A stretch of DNA of 64,000 nucleotides from Planctomycetota bacterium (lineage in GTDB: Bacteria > Planctomycetota > SZUA-567 > H5-PLA8). The notes under the pieces were generated by a model that ran no database searches, was not told the origin of the DNA, and saw only the letters and a program-made list of their open reading frames with translations. The stretch spans positions 17,690 through 81,689 of the forward strand of contig BTVV01000014.1 of assembly GCA_045863855.1 (NCBI GenBank), read 5' to 3'. The position numbers were made by a program, and so were the translations under genes. Shown here one piece after another: positions 49,918-59,553 of this stretch (position 1 is the first letter of the stretch; the number at the start of each line of letters is the position of its first letter).

Positions 49918-52161
49918 ATGAATGCCCCATCCGCCACTGTGACGCTGACGATCGACGGGAAAGACGTGACGGTGCCGAAAGGCACCACGATCTGGGAAGC
50001 CGCGCAGGGCAACGGGATCGACGTCCCTGTGCTGTGCCACAAGCCTCCGCTGAATCCCGTGGGCGTCTGCCGTGTCTGCGTCGTGGACGTGGGCGCTCGC
50101 GTCTTCGCGGCGTCGTGCGTGCGCGAAGCCGAGAACGGTATGAAGGTCACGACCAGTCACGAGCGGCTGGAGCGCAACCGCAAAACGCTGGTCGAAATGC
50201 TGCTGGCCGACCATCCGGCGCCCTGCGAGAAGCACAAGCAGACACATACCTGCGAACTCGAGAAGCTGGGCGAACGCTATGGGATCCTGCAGCCGCTGCC
50301 GGCTGGCGCGCCGGCGCCGGAGCCGCGCTTTTGGAGCCCTACGTTCATGTCCCGCGGCGTGGCGCCGGACGACGCTCATTTCGCCGAAGACCAGAGCCCG
50401 CGGCGCTTGCAGAAGGGGACCGACTTCTCGAACCCCTCCATCGCCATCGACCATCGCGCGTGCATTCTGTGCGACCGCTGCGTGCGCGCCTGCACCGAAG
50501 TGAAGCACAACAACGTGATCGGGCGGATGGGCAAGGGCTACAACGCGAGCATCTCGTTCGACGTGAACCTGCCGATGGGCGGTTCGAGCTGCGTGAACTG
50601 CGGCGAGTGCATGATCTCGTGCCCGACCGGCGCGATCACCAGCCGCCAGGAAGCCGGCGTGCAGCTCGAGACAGGCGACAAGCTGACCGTCGACGAGATG
50701 CTGCAGATCCCGATCTTCCAGGGGATCAGTTCGGAATTCCTGAAACGCAACGAAGGCTCGGTGGTGCGCCGTAAGTTCAAGAAGGGCGACGTGATCTGCC
50801 GCGAAGGCGAGTTCGGCAGCACGGCGTTTTACCTGCTTAAGGGCACCGCGGACGTGTTCCTGACTACGCCGATGGCGCACGTGAAGAGCGACAAGAAGCA
50901 GTCGGCCGGGTTTTTCAGCAAGTTCAAGCATCTGCTGGCCGGCAAGAAGGAAGATCCGCGCGAAGAAGGGGAGCGCAAGTTCATCCCCATCGACGCTCCG
51001 GTGGACCTCTCGCTGGACAACCCGATCGCGAAGCTGAACGAGGGCGACCTGTTTGGCGAAATGACCTGTCTGACGTTCCAGCCGCGTTCGGCGACGGTGC
51101 GCGCGGCCGAGGACTGCGAGATGCTGGAGATGCTGCGCAGCGTCTTGCAGGTACTGCAGAAGAACAAGAAGTTCCGCGACCAGCTCGACGCGAACTACCG
51201 CGAGCGCGCGCTGGGGCAACATCTGCGCAGCGTACCGATCTTTTCGGCGATCGACGATCCGAAGTTCATCGACCAGCTCAAGGCGCGCGTGGAACTGCTG
51301 CACTACGATCCGGGCCAGCCGATTATCCGGGAAGGGGAGGAGGGCGACGCCTTCTACCTGATCCGGGTCGGCTGCGTGAAGGTGAGCAAGAGCCTTCCGG
51401 GCGGCGAGATGGTGCTTTCGTACCTCTCGCGCGGCGAATATTTCGGCGAAATGGCGCTGCTGGACCGCAGTCCGCGTATGGCGTCGGTCATCGCTCTGGA
51501 CCATGTGGAAGTGGTGCGCATCCGCAAGACCGACTTCGACTTCATGCTCGGCTGGTTCGAGGACCTGCGGCCGAAGCTGGAGGCCGAGGCGAAGAAGCGC
51601 AAGGAAATGACCGAACGGATGACGCGCATGGCGCCGTCCACGAGCCTGGACGATTTCCTGGCTCAGGGGCTGATGCACGCGCAGAGTCTGCTGCTGCTGG
51701 ACCTGGAGCGCTGTGTGCGCTGCGACGAATGCGTGCGCGCGTGCAGCGATGCCCACGACGGCGTGACGCGGCTGGTGCGCGAAGGCCTGCGCTTCGACAA
51801 GTACCTCGTCGCGACCTCGTGCCGAAGTTGCCTGGACCCGCTGTGCATGGTTGGCTGTCCGGTGGGCTCGATCCGGCGCAAGGAATCGCTGGAAGTCATC
51901 ATCGAAGACTGGTGCATCGGCTGCGGGCTATGCGCGCAGCAGTGCCCCTACGGCAACATCAACATGCACGAGTTCGAGTCGAACAAGGCCGACCCGTCGC
52001 AGCCGGGCGTGAAGAAGGCCACGGTGGACCGCAAAGCGACGCTGTGCGATCTATGCACAGACCTGAAAGAGCCGAGTTGCGTGTACGCCTGCCCGCACGA
52101 CGCGGCGCATCGCGTGAACGCGCGCGAATTCTTCACGGATCTGACGATCAAGCAGGGCTGA
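49918..52161 (+). CDS. NuoG/HydA-type Fe-S N-terminus + two cNMP-binding domains + 4x[4Fe-4S] ferredoxin
   Basis: LCH..CRVC..SC [2Fe-2S]; HPAPCEKH..C; CILCDRCVRAC and CVNCGECMISCP; FGEMTCLTFQPRSATV and FGEMALLDRSPRMASV; four further Cys motifs at the C-terminus. Confidence 0.92.
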   Translation: MNAPSATVTLTIDGKDVTVPKGTTIWEAAQGNGIDVPVLCHKPPLNPVGVCRVCVVDVGARVFAASCVREAENGMKVTTSHERLERNRKTLVEMLLADHPAPCEKHKQTHTCELEKLGERYGILQPLPAGAPAPEPRFWSPTFMSRGVAPDDAHFAEDQSPRRLQKGTDFSNPSIAIDHRACILCDRCVRACTEVKHNNVIGRMGKGYNASISFDVNLPMGGSSCVNCGECMISCPTGAITSRQEAGVQLETGDKLTVDEMLQIPIFQGISSEFLKRNEGSVVRRKFKKGDVICREGEFGSTAFYLLKGTADVFLTTPMAHVKSDKKQSAGFFSKFKHLLAGKKEDPREEGERKFIPIDAPVDLSLDNPIAKLNEGDLFGEMTCLTFQPRSATVRAAEDCEMLEMLRSVLQVLQKNKKFRDQLDANYRERALGQHLRSVPIFSAIDDPKFIDQLKARVELLHYDPGQPIIREGEEGDAFYLIRVGCVKVSKSLPGGEMVLSYLSRGEYFGEMALLDRSPRMASVIALDHVEVVRIRKTDFDFMLGWFEDLRPKLEAEAKKRKEMTERMTRMAPSTSLDDFLAQGLMHAQSLLLLDLERCVRCDECVRACSDAHDGVTRLVREGLRFDKYLVATSCRSCLDPLCMVGCPVGSIRRKESLEVIIEDWCIGCGLCAQQCPYGNINMHEFESNKADPSQPGVKKATVDRKATLCDLCTDLKEPSCVYACPHDAAHRVNAREFFTDLTIKQG

Positions 52162-52239
52162 TTTCCGGCGCGGACCGGTTGGTCTTCCGCGGCCTCGATG
52201 CGAACCATCGAGGCCGTTTCATTTCACGGAGGGTTCGGC

Positions 52240-53019
52240 ATGCCGCATACGGCGCATCGCCATCCGCTCACGCCGCTCGAAGTGCCGGGGCTGCTGGTTT
52301 TCTGGGACTTCCAAGAAGCCGGGGGCGAGGCGCGCGTCTCGCGCGGGGCGCAGCGCTATGCGCTTTGCGAGCAGAATGGCCCGGTCGAGCGTGTCGAATC
52401 GCGCGGCGCGCCGTGGGGGCCGTTTGCGGCGAAGCTGAACGAAGGCCAGTGGTTCAATCTGCCGCGCGCGCAGTGTCCGGCGCTGGATATCCACGGACCC
52501 GAGGGGCATGTGACCGTGATCGCGTGGCTACAGCGCGCGAGATGCGCAACGGTACATTGCGAATTCGTCGCCGGACAGTGGAACGAATCGCACTTGGGCC
52601 GGCAGTACGGGATGTTCTTGAACCTGGGACTTTGGGGCAGCCGCGACCAGCTCTGCGCGCACGTCTCGAATGTGGGCGGGCCGACGCCGGGTTACAAGTA
52701 CTGCATGGATGCGGCCATTGGCGCGACAGCGATTCCTTACGAGACGTGGGTCTGCGTGGCGATGACTTACGACGGGGTATGTGCGCGGGCGTACCTGAAC
52801 GGGGAACTGGACGCGCGCGAGGGGTTGAATCCGTACCCGTACGCGGGCGGGCTGCACGGCGGGAAGTCGGAAGGCTCGGACTTTACCGTGGGCGCAGTGC
52901 ATCGCAGCGGCGAGATGGGCAACTGGTTCGCGGGACTGCTGGGCGGGCTGGCGGTGTACCGCCGGGCGTTGAGTCTGGCGGAGTTGCGCGCGCTGGCCGC
53001 GCCGAACGCAGGGACATAA
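52240..53019 (+). CDS. LamG/concanavalin-A-like domain protein
   Basis: FWDFQE, VTVIAW, WVCVAMTYDG...YLNG, FAGLLGGLAVYRRALS; GGAGG RBS. Confidence 0.85.
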   Translation: MPHTAHRHPLTPLEVPGLLVFWDFQEAGGEARVSRGAQRYALCEQNGPVERVESRGAPWGPFAAKLNEGQWFNLPRAQCPALDIHGPEGHVTVIAWLQRARCATVHCEFVAGQWNESHLGRQYGMFLNLGLWGSRDQLCAHVSNVGGPTPGYKYCMDAAIGATAIPYETWVCVAMTYDGVCARAYLNGELDAREGLNPYPYAGGLHGGKSEGSDFTVGAVHRSGEMGNWFAGLLGGLAVYRRALSLAELRALAAPNAGT

Positions 53020-53043
53020 AAAACGGGCTCTTCGAGCCCGTTT
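53018..53043. terminator. Terminator between convergent genes (U-tract on minus strand)
   Basis: AAACGGGCTC-TTC-GAGCCCGTTT preceded by an A-run. Confidence 0.8.
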
Positions 53044-53067
53044 CAAACGGCGTCGCCGTTGAAGAGC

Positions 53068-54723
53068 TTAGAAGTCCACCTGGAAGCGCATCATGAAGGT
53101 CTGCATCTGGCCGTTGGTGCGGAGGTTATCCGCGGCCGCTCCGTCGAGGACCACGTCGTTGGGATCGCCGTCTTCCACATCGGCAAAGACGTAGTTAAAC
53201 ATGAAGCGCGCGTTGGGATTCAGATACCAGTTGACGCCGAAAGTGAGCGTCTGGAGCAGTCCGCCGCGGATGCGTGAACTGGTGTCCAGGTCACTGGCTT
53301 CGGGCCCGCGGCTGTCGAGGTCCAGCCAACCGTAGCGTAAGGCGACTTCCCAGGCGCCCAGCCCGATCTCGGTATCGCTGGCCCAGAAATTCCGCTTGGG
53401 CTTCACGCGTCCGAAGAGACCGCTGTCTTTGCTGTAGGGGCGGCTTTCCCCGGTGAGGAAGTAACTGCCCATCACGTAATAGCCTTGGAAGAAGGGGTCT
53501 TCGGCGTTATCGATGCCGATGTCAGGAGGCGTGCCGGCGTCGTCGGTGAAGTTACCGATGCCGCGTTGATCCAGGCGCGCCATGTATTCGGCCTGGAACG
53601 ACCAACTGTCGTAGACCAAGGCCATTTCCGCTCCGAAGACATGGCTGTCGTCGGCGGTGAAAGTTCCGGTATCGACGAAGCGTTCGACGGTGGCGACGCC
53701 GGGCCGTGCGCGGTGGCGCAAGGTGCGGGTCGGGTGCATCTGGTAGCTGTAGTTTAGACCCAAGTGAATCAGCTTTTTACCGCTGTCCTCGTACCACGGC
53801 AGGCCGGTGACGCGGCCGCCGAAGCGCCAGTTGGCTTGCCCGTCGCTGGGCCGGTAGTCGTCGGTCCCGTCGCCTTCGATGATGTCGGCGTCGTCGTCGG
53901 TGCTGTTCTCGCCGTCCACGTTGCCAAGGCGGAAGGCGCCGAGCGCCCAGGTGATCCGGTCGTCGAGGTGGCTGTTTTCCAGGCGCAGGCCGGGGTTGCG
54001 ACCGGCCGAAAAGACTTCGTTGACCGGGTCGCGTTCCATAAACGTGATGTATTTGCTGCTGGTTTGAATCTCGAGGCCCCAGGGTTCGAACTGGTTGCCG
54101 AAGGTGGCCGTGCCGATGCCGGGCAGGTTCGTCAGGCCCAGGTAGACGTCCTTAAACTCGGAAGCGCCGTCTCCATCTTCGGCGATATCATACACGGCCT
54201 TGTAGACGAAATTCTTGTAGATGGTTCCGCCAAGCTCGATGCGCGCGCGGCGGAAGTTGGTCATTACTTCCTGTTCGCCGATGCTGTCCGAGATGGTGTC
54301 GTCTTCCCACGGATTGATGTAGTCGAACATGATGCGGCCGCCGACCATGAGCTGAAACTCTTTGTTGGCGGTGGAGAAGCGCAGGCCTTCCTTCCAGAAG
54401 GCTTTGAAGGTGTTGTCGTCCTTGCTGTCGGCCAGCGGGGCGAAGTAGGCGCGCTTTTCGAGTAGTTCCTCGACCGTTTTGTCGCTCTTGGACTGGGTCT
54501 GCTCGAGCGCCCGGATGCGCCGTTCCTGCTCGACGATATGCTGGTCTTTTTCGGCGATCTGCTGCTGATTGGCCTGAAGCTGCTGCTGGGTAAGCTGGAG
54601 CAGTGCTTCGAGCTTCCGTACGCGCTCTTCGAGCGGAACTTCTTCCTCGGCTCGAATCGCGGATCCGAACGAAGCCATCAGGCTCGCGGCGATAAGCAAC
54701 CATCGAATCGGGCTGACGTGCAT
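53068..54723 (-). CDS. Phosphate-selective porin OprO/OprP family with N-terminal coiled coil
   Basis: Signal peptide, GGRIMFD, FRRARI, TSSKYITFMER, FQAEY, SYFLTGE, GAWEVALRY, GVNWYLNP, terminal RFQVDF. Confidence 0.92.
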   Translation of the reverse strand: MHVSPIRWLLIAASLMASFGSAIRAEEEVPLEERVRKLEALLQLTQQQLQANQQQIAEKDQHIVEQERRIRALEQTQSKSDKTVEELLEKRAYFAPLADSKDDNTFKAFWKEGLRFSTANKEFQLMVGGRIMFDYINPWEDDTISDSIGEQEVMTNFRRARIELGGTIYKNFVYKAVYDIAEDGDGASEFKDVYLGLTNLPGIGTATFGNQFEPWGLEIQTSSKYITFMERDPVNEVFSAGRNPGLRLENSHLDDRITWALGAFRLGNVDGENSTDDDADIIEGDGTDDYRPSDGQANWRFGGRVTGLPWYEDSGKKLIHLGLNYSYQMHPTRTLRHRARPGVATVERFVDTGTFTADDSHVFGAEMALVYDSWSFQAEYMARLDQRGIGNFTDDAGTPPDIGIDNAEDPFFQGYYVMGSYFLTGESRPYSKDSGLFGRVKPKRNFWASDTEIGLGAWEVALRYGWLDLDSRGPEASDLDTSSRIRGGLLQTLTFGVNWYLNPNARFMFNYVFADVEDGDPNDVVLDGAAADNLRTNGQMQTFMMRFQVDF

Positions 54724-55053
54724 ACTCAAATCTCCTCCCAAGGGCGTGCGAATGCCCTTGCCGGTCCCTGCTCATGCGCGTAAGTGCAGGGGGCTTTTAT
54801 ATACGAACCGCCCGGTGCGGGGTAGCCCGAAATGCCAATCCTGAGTGAGGAGATTTTAAGAAGGGGTGAAGGCATAAGTTTCTTGGCCTGACCCGGGAAA
54901 TCGGCCATAATGCAGAGGCTGTTTCAAAGGTTACCGAAGAAAGACGCGAGGACGCCCCATGAGTTAGGCGCCCGGCGGGTCATGCGTATCGCCTGGAGCG
55001 CTCATGTTTTCGGTTTTGCAGACGCCAGAATTCAGGAAGAGGCAATCGGCCCC

Positions 55054-57048
55054 ATGTCTGACGCTCGATTGAAGGAAGATCCCGCCGGAGAAGATCTCGC
55101 GCACGAGCGTGTGAATCCCAGCGCGGAGCGCCCGTTGGGGGCGATCTTGGATGCGCGCCTGACACGGCGGGACGTGTTGACGAGCTTGGTGCTTTCGCCG
55201 GTGCTGGCCACGTTTGCCGAACTGGTTCGCGGCGGCTTGGCCCATGCCGAACCGGCGGCTGGCGGCAGCACGCTGGCTTTCGAGGAACTGGAAGGCCGGC
55301 TGGAGAAGTTTCACCGGGTGGCGCGCGGGTACGACGCGAAGGTGTTACTGAGCTGGGGGCAGGGGGTGGTTTCGGGCGCGCCTTCGTTCGACCCATACGC
55401 TCAAACGCCTGACGCTCAAGAGAAACAGTTCGGCTACAACAACGACTTCATCGCTTTCATGCCGTTGCCGCGCGGTTCGGATAATTCCGATCACGGGCTG
55501 CTGTGCGTGAACCACGAATACGCCAGCCCCGAATTGATGTTCCCGCGCGATCCGCCGTCCGAGCCGCAGCCGAGTCCGGAAGAGCGGTTGCTTGAGCGCG
55601 AACGCGACCGCTCGAAGGTCGATGTCATGCTTGCCGCGCACGGGCATTCGGTCGTGGAGATCAAGAAGACCGGAGATGTGTGGCAGACGGTGCCTAACGG
55701 TACGTACAACCGCCGCATTACCACGCGTTCGACGAAGTGCCGGCTCTCCGGTCCCGCCGCCGGGCACGACCGGATGAAGACCTTCGAAGATCCGGACGGC
55801 CTTTGGGTGAAGGGTACGCTGAACAACTGTTCGGGCGGCGTGACGCCCTGGGGTACGGTGGTGATTGCCGAAGAGAATTTCGACTTCTATTTCAGCGGCA
55901 AGCCTTCCGGTTCTGAATTGGCGAACCACCTGCGTTACGGGATCAAAGGCAAGCCGCGCTGGAACTTCGGGGATTTCTTCGAACGATTCGACGTCGAGCG
56001 CGAAACGAGCGAGCCCAACCGCTTCGGCTGGCTGGTGGAATACGATCCGTACGATCCGGAGTCGGTGCCGGTCAAGCGCACGGCCTTGGGGCGCTGGAAT
56101 CACGAAGGCGCCGCGATGGTCCTCAACAAGGACGGCCGGGTGGTCGTCTACAGCGGGGACGACCGCGTTTACGAGTATATTTACAAATTCGTCACCAAGA
56201 ACGCCTTCGACGCCAAGGACCTCGCGAAGAACAAGGATCTGCTGGACGAGGGGACGCTGTATGCCGCGCGCTTCGAAGACGACGGCACGCTGAACTGGCG
56301 CCCGCTGGTTTTCGGGCAGGGGCGGCTGACACCGGCGTTCGGTTTCCATTCGCAGGCGGATGTTGTGATCGAAGCGCGCCGCGCGGCCGACTTGATGGGT
56401 GCAACCCCGTTGGATCGCCCAGAAGACGTGGATATCAATCCCGTCACCGGCCGCGTCTATGCCTCGCTGACGAACAACGAAAGCCGTGACATCGACCGCC
56501 TGGACGCCGTGAATCCGCGCTACGACAACCGCTTCGGGCACATCGTCGAGATGATTCCTCCGGGCGAAGGAAAAGACGCCGATCATGCGGCGGATCGCTT
56601 TAAGTGGGAGATCTTCATCCTGGCCGGCAATCCGCGCGACAAGAAGCACCGCGCCAAGTACCACCCGGATCTCTCGAAGCACGGCTGGTTCGCCTGCCCC
56701 GATAATCTGGCGTTCGATAAGCAAGGCCGTATCTGGATCGCGACCGATCAGGGTAAGCGCCAAAACGAGACGAAGATTGGGGACGGGCTCTGGGTCTGCG
56801 ACACCGTCGGCCCCGGCCGTGCGCTGACGAGGCATTTTTTCTCGGGCCCCGTCGGAGCGGAGATCTGCGGGCCGTGCCTGACGCCCGATAACACGACGAT
56901 CTTCGTGGCCGTGCAGCATCCGGGCGAAGAGAAGGGCTCCAGCTTCGAAGATCCAGCGACGCGCTGGCCGGACTTCAAGAACGGGATGCCGCCGCGCCCG
57001 TCGGTGGTGGCGATCGTCAAGAAGGGCGGGGGCGTGCTGGGCAGCTAA
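55054..57048 (+). CDS. phoX: PhoX-family alkaline phosphatase (DUF839), Tat-exported
   Basis: LTRRDVL Tat motif, QFGYNND, CVNHEY, GTLNNCSGGVTPWGT..EEN, EPNRFGW, GAT.LDRPED, CPDN, AEICG, VQHPGE. Confidence 0.95.
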   Translation: MSDARLKEDPAGEDLAHERVNPSAERPLGAILDARLTRRDVLTSLVLSPVLATFAELVRGGLAHAEPAAGGSTLAFEELEGRLEKFHRVARGYDAKVLLSWGQGVVSGAPSFDPYAQTPDAQEKQFGYNNDFIAFMPLPRGSDNSDHGLLCVNHEYASPELMFPRDPPSEPQPSPEERLLERERDRSKVDVMLAAHGHSVVEIKKTGDVWQTVPNGTYNRRITTRSTKCRLSGPAAGHDRMKTFEDPDGLWVKGTLNNCSGGVTPWGTVVIAEENFDFYFSGKPSGSELANHLRYGIKGKPRWNFGDFFERFDVERETSEPNRFGWLVEYDPYDPESVPVKRTALGRWNHEGAAMVLNKDGRVVVYSGDDRVYEYIYKFVTKNAFDAKDLAKNKDLLDEGTLYAARFEDDGTLNWRPLVFGQGRLTPAFGFHSQADVVIEARRAADLMGATPLDRPEDVDINPVTGRVYASLTNNESRDIDRLDAVNPRYDNRFGHIVEMIPPGEGKDADHAADRFKWEIFILAGNPRDKKHRAKYHPDLSKHGWFACPDNLAFDKQGRIWIATDQGKRQNETKIGDGLWVCDTVGPGRALTRHFFSGPVGAEICGPCLTPDNTTIFVAVQHPGEEKGSSFEDPATRWPDFKNGMPPRPSVVAIVKKGGGVLGS

Positions 57049-57122
57049 GCGCAAGCCGCTCGGTGTCGGGCCGCCGCGTTCGGACCCATTGGATTCGGTG
57101 GCGGCCGCTCGTTTTCGCTATC

Positions 57123-59393
57123 TCAGAACAGCACTCGAATCTGGTCATTGGCCACGATGATGCGCTGCGAGAGCAGCTTGATGATGTAGCGATGGAACTC
57201 CATCGCCGCCTGCGGCTCGGTTTTCTCCAGATCCAGAAGCGTTTTATAACGGAAGCGCTGCACTCGGCAGGGCGAGTCGGCTACGCATTCGGCGCTGCGC
57301 GGCAGGTGCGAATAGAGCGCCATTTCGCCCACCACCGAGCCGGGCCCGAAGGTTCGCAGTCGCACCACACGGTCGTCGAGCTTCAAGCGGACGGTCACTT
57401 CTCCGCGTTCGATGAAGAACATGTCGTCGCCCGGATCGCCCTGCTTGAAGAGGAGTTCGTCCTCCTGAAGCGCCTGTGGTTCCATGCGGGCGAGGATGAT
57501 ATCGAGCGAGGACTCGGTGAAGTGCGGGGCGAGCAGTCCGCGCATCACGTCGTCCATGGACATGAAGGTCATCGTTCCGGCCGCATCGATGACGCCGCGC
57601 GTACTGGTGGGGACCGCGTCGCCTTGGGTGGACGGGTCGGCCAGGATTTTTTCTTCGAAGTACTCAAGCCCGCGGTCCATGTCCGCGAATTGCATGATCC
57701 TGGGGTTAGGCAACAGGCCGCCTTGTTTCAGCAACGCGTCCATATCGGGTTTGACGCCGCACAGCGCCAACTCGGCGCCGTTACGTTCGCAAGCTTTCTC
57801 GAGTTTGCACAGGCTGATCACCGAGGAGACGTCGAGCCCCTGAACGAGGCGGAAGTCGAGCATCAGGTAGCGCAGCTTTTCGGTTTCGATTCGCATGCGC
57901 GCTTCGGCCAGGATGCGGCTGGCCAGCGCGAAGAAAACGTACCCTTGGAGGCTGAAGACGCGCGCCTGGCGGCCGTGCTTCTTAAGTGCTCCGGCGATTT
58001 CGAGGGCGCGTTCCTTATTCGACGCCCGGTCGGCCACCGTGAAATTATAGCGGATGCAGTTCGTCTGGCTGTAGCTGTAGACGAAGTACACCAGCGCTAC
58101 CATCAGCCCGAAGACGACGCCCACCACCAGCCCCTGCACGGCAACCAGGACCAGGATTCCCATCAGCAGCGCGAATTCGAAGTGCGAGAGCTGCCGGTAC
58201 GATTTCCACATCCAGGCATGGAGCATGTCCATGCCGAGGAAGAGCAGCAGTCCTACGAGCACCGGTTTGGGCAGGTATTCGGCGTAGGGCAATAGAAAGA
58301 GCGTGGCGATGAGGATCAGTACCGCGCACCAGACGCCGGCTTTGCGCGTGACCGCGCCGGCTTTGTGATGCAACAGGCTGCGCGTAGTGGAGACGCAACC
58401 GACGATGCCGCCGGCCAGCCCGGCCAGCACGTTGGCCAATCCATTCACCTGCATCTCACGGTCGAAATCGACATCCTGTTCGGTGGCCACGTCCATGCCC
58501 ATCGAGGTGAACATGATCGAGAAGACGACCACCATGGCGAGCGCCAGGAGGTTCTGCCACTGCTTCATCAAAAGGTCGGTGCGCACCCCGTCCAGCGTGG
58601 GCAAGTGAACCCCGGATTCGACGAGGCGCGGGAGCTTAAAGAGCAGTCCCTGCTCGCGGGCGGCATCGGGCGTCATGCCGAACGATTGGAGGCTGACGAA
58701 AAAGACCACGCTGCCCAGGATGAGCCCGATGGGCATGCCCAGCGCCGGGTGGATGAATCGTTTGGCCAACGGCACGCCCAGCAAAACGGCCGCGGCGCTG
58801 AGCAAGGCCGGCCCGGCGACCTCCGGCGGATGGCGGAGCATCTGCAACGTGGGTGGTTCCTTGAGCAAGACTTCCAGGCCGCCGCGAATGAGCAGAAAGC
58901 CGGTGCTGGCCATGAAGCCCGCCACGACCGAATAAGGCACGAAGCTGAGCAACCGTCCGCAGCGCCATGCGCCCAGCAAATAGAGAAAGAGCCCCGTCAA
59001 AATAGCGCTCACCGAGAGCATCATGAGCACCGTGATCAGGATTTGTTCGGGGGGCACTTCGGCGGCGACGAGGTCGCGGCTGAGCGAAGCGGCCATCAGG
59101 GCCACGATGGCGGTGGGCTTGGGCGTCGGACCGGCGATCGAAAACGGGCTGCTGCTGCCCAGCGCCACCACCAGGCACAGAATGCAGCTCGCCAGGAGGA
59201 TCGTATGGAAGCCCGTGGCCAGATGCGGCGCCAAGGCCGGCACACCGAAGATCAATACGCCGTAGCTGACCGTCGAGGCGAAGCCGACGAAGCCCGAGAG
59301 GGTGCCTGCCGCTAGATCGCGTCCCCATAGGGCTGCGGGAGTCGGTGGGCCTGAGCTGGTGAGTGTAGGCGCTTTGGAATCCGTCTGGGACAT
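57123..59393 (-). CDS. SulP-family anion transporter with STAS and cNMP-binding domains
   Basis: Many TM helices, PYSVVAGF, DFDREM..NGLAN, LQGYVFFA..DFRLVQGLDVS (STAS), VGEMALYSHLPRSA (cNMP). Confidence 0.93.
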   Translation of the reverse strand: MSQTDSKAPTLTSSGPPTPAALWGRDLAAGTLSGFVGFASTVSYGVLIFGVPALAPHLATGFHTILLASCILCLVVALGSSSPFSIAGPTPKPTAIVALMAASLSRDLVAAEVPPEQILITVLMMLSVSAILTGLFLYLLGAWRCGRLLSFVPYSVVAGFMASTGFLLIRGGLEVLLKEPPTLQMLRHPPEVAGPALLSAAAVLLGVPLAKRFIHPALGMPIGLILGSVVFFVSLQSFGMTPDAAREQGLLFKLPRLVESGVHLPTLDGVRTDLLMKQWQNLLALAMVVVFSIMFTSMGMDVATEQDVDFDREMQVNGLANVLAGLAGGIVGCVSTTRSLLHHKAGAVTRKAGVWCAVLILIATLFLLPYAEYLPKPVLVGLLLFLGMDMLHAWMWKSYRQLSHFEFALLMGILVLVAVQGLVVGVVFGLMVALVYFVYSYSQTNCIRYNFTVADRASNKERALEIAGALKKHGRQARVFSLQGYVFFALASRILAEARMRIETEKLRYLMLDFRLVQGLDVSSVISLCKLEKACERNGAELALCGVKPDMDALLKQGGLLPNPRIMQFADMDRGLEYFEEKILADPSTQGDAVPTSTRGVIDAAGTMTFMSMDDVMRGLLAPHFTESSLDIILARMEPQALQEDELLFKQGDPGDDMFFIERGEVTVRLKLDDRVVRLRTFGPGSVVGEMALYSHLPRSAECVADSPCRVQRFRYKTLLDLEKTEPQAAMEFHRYIIKLLSQRIIVANDQIRVLF

Positions 59394-59553
59394 GCCGGTG
59401 GAACCTAACCGAGTTTAAAGAAAATGCGAATCCCTTGACGCACAAGCGGTTGCCGGAAGCCTGATGCGTCAGGATCGTCCCAATCGCGCTTTTTCCGTCA
59501 TCTTTTCCTGACGGGAGCGCCCCACCCTAATGAACACTTTGGAGCGAACGACC

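Noticed and set aside
48121..51756. 1211-aa minus-strand ORF
   Set aside because: Antisense shadow of the nuoEF-like and Fe-S/cNMP genes; no motifs; expected from high-GC codon bias.
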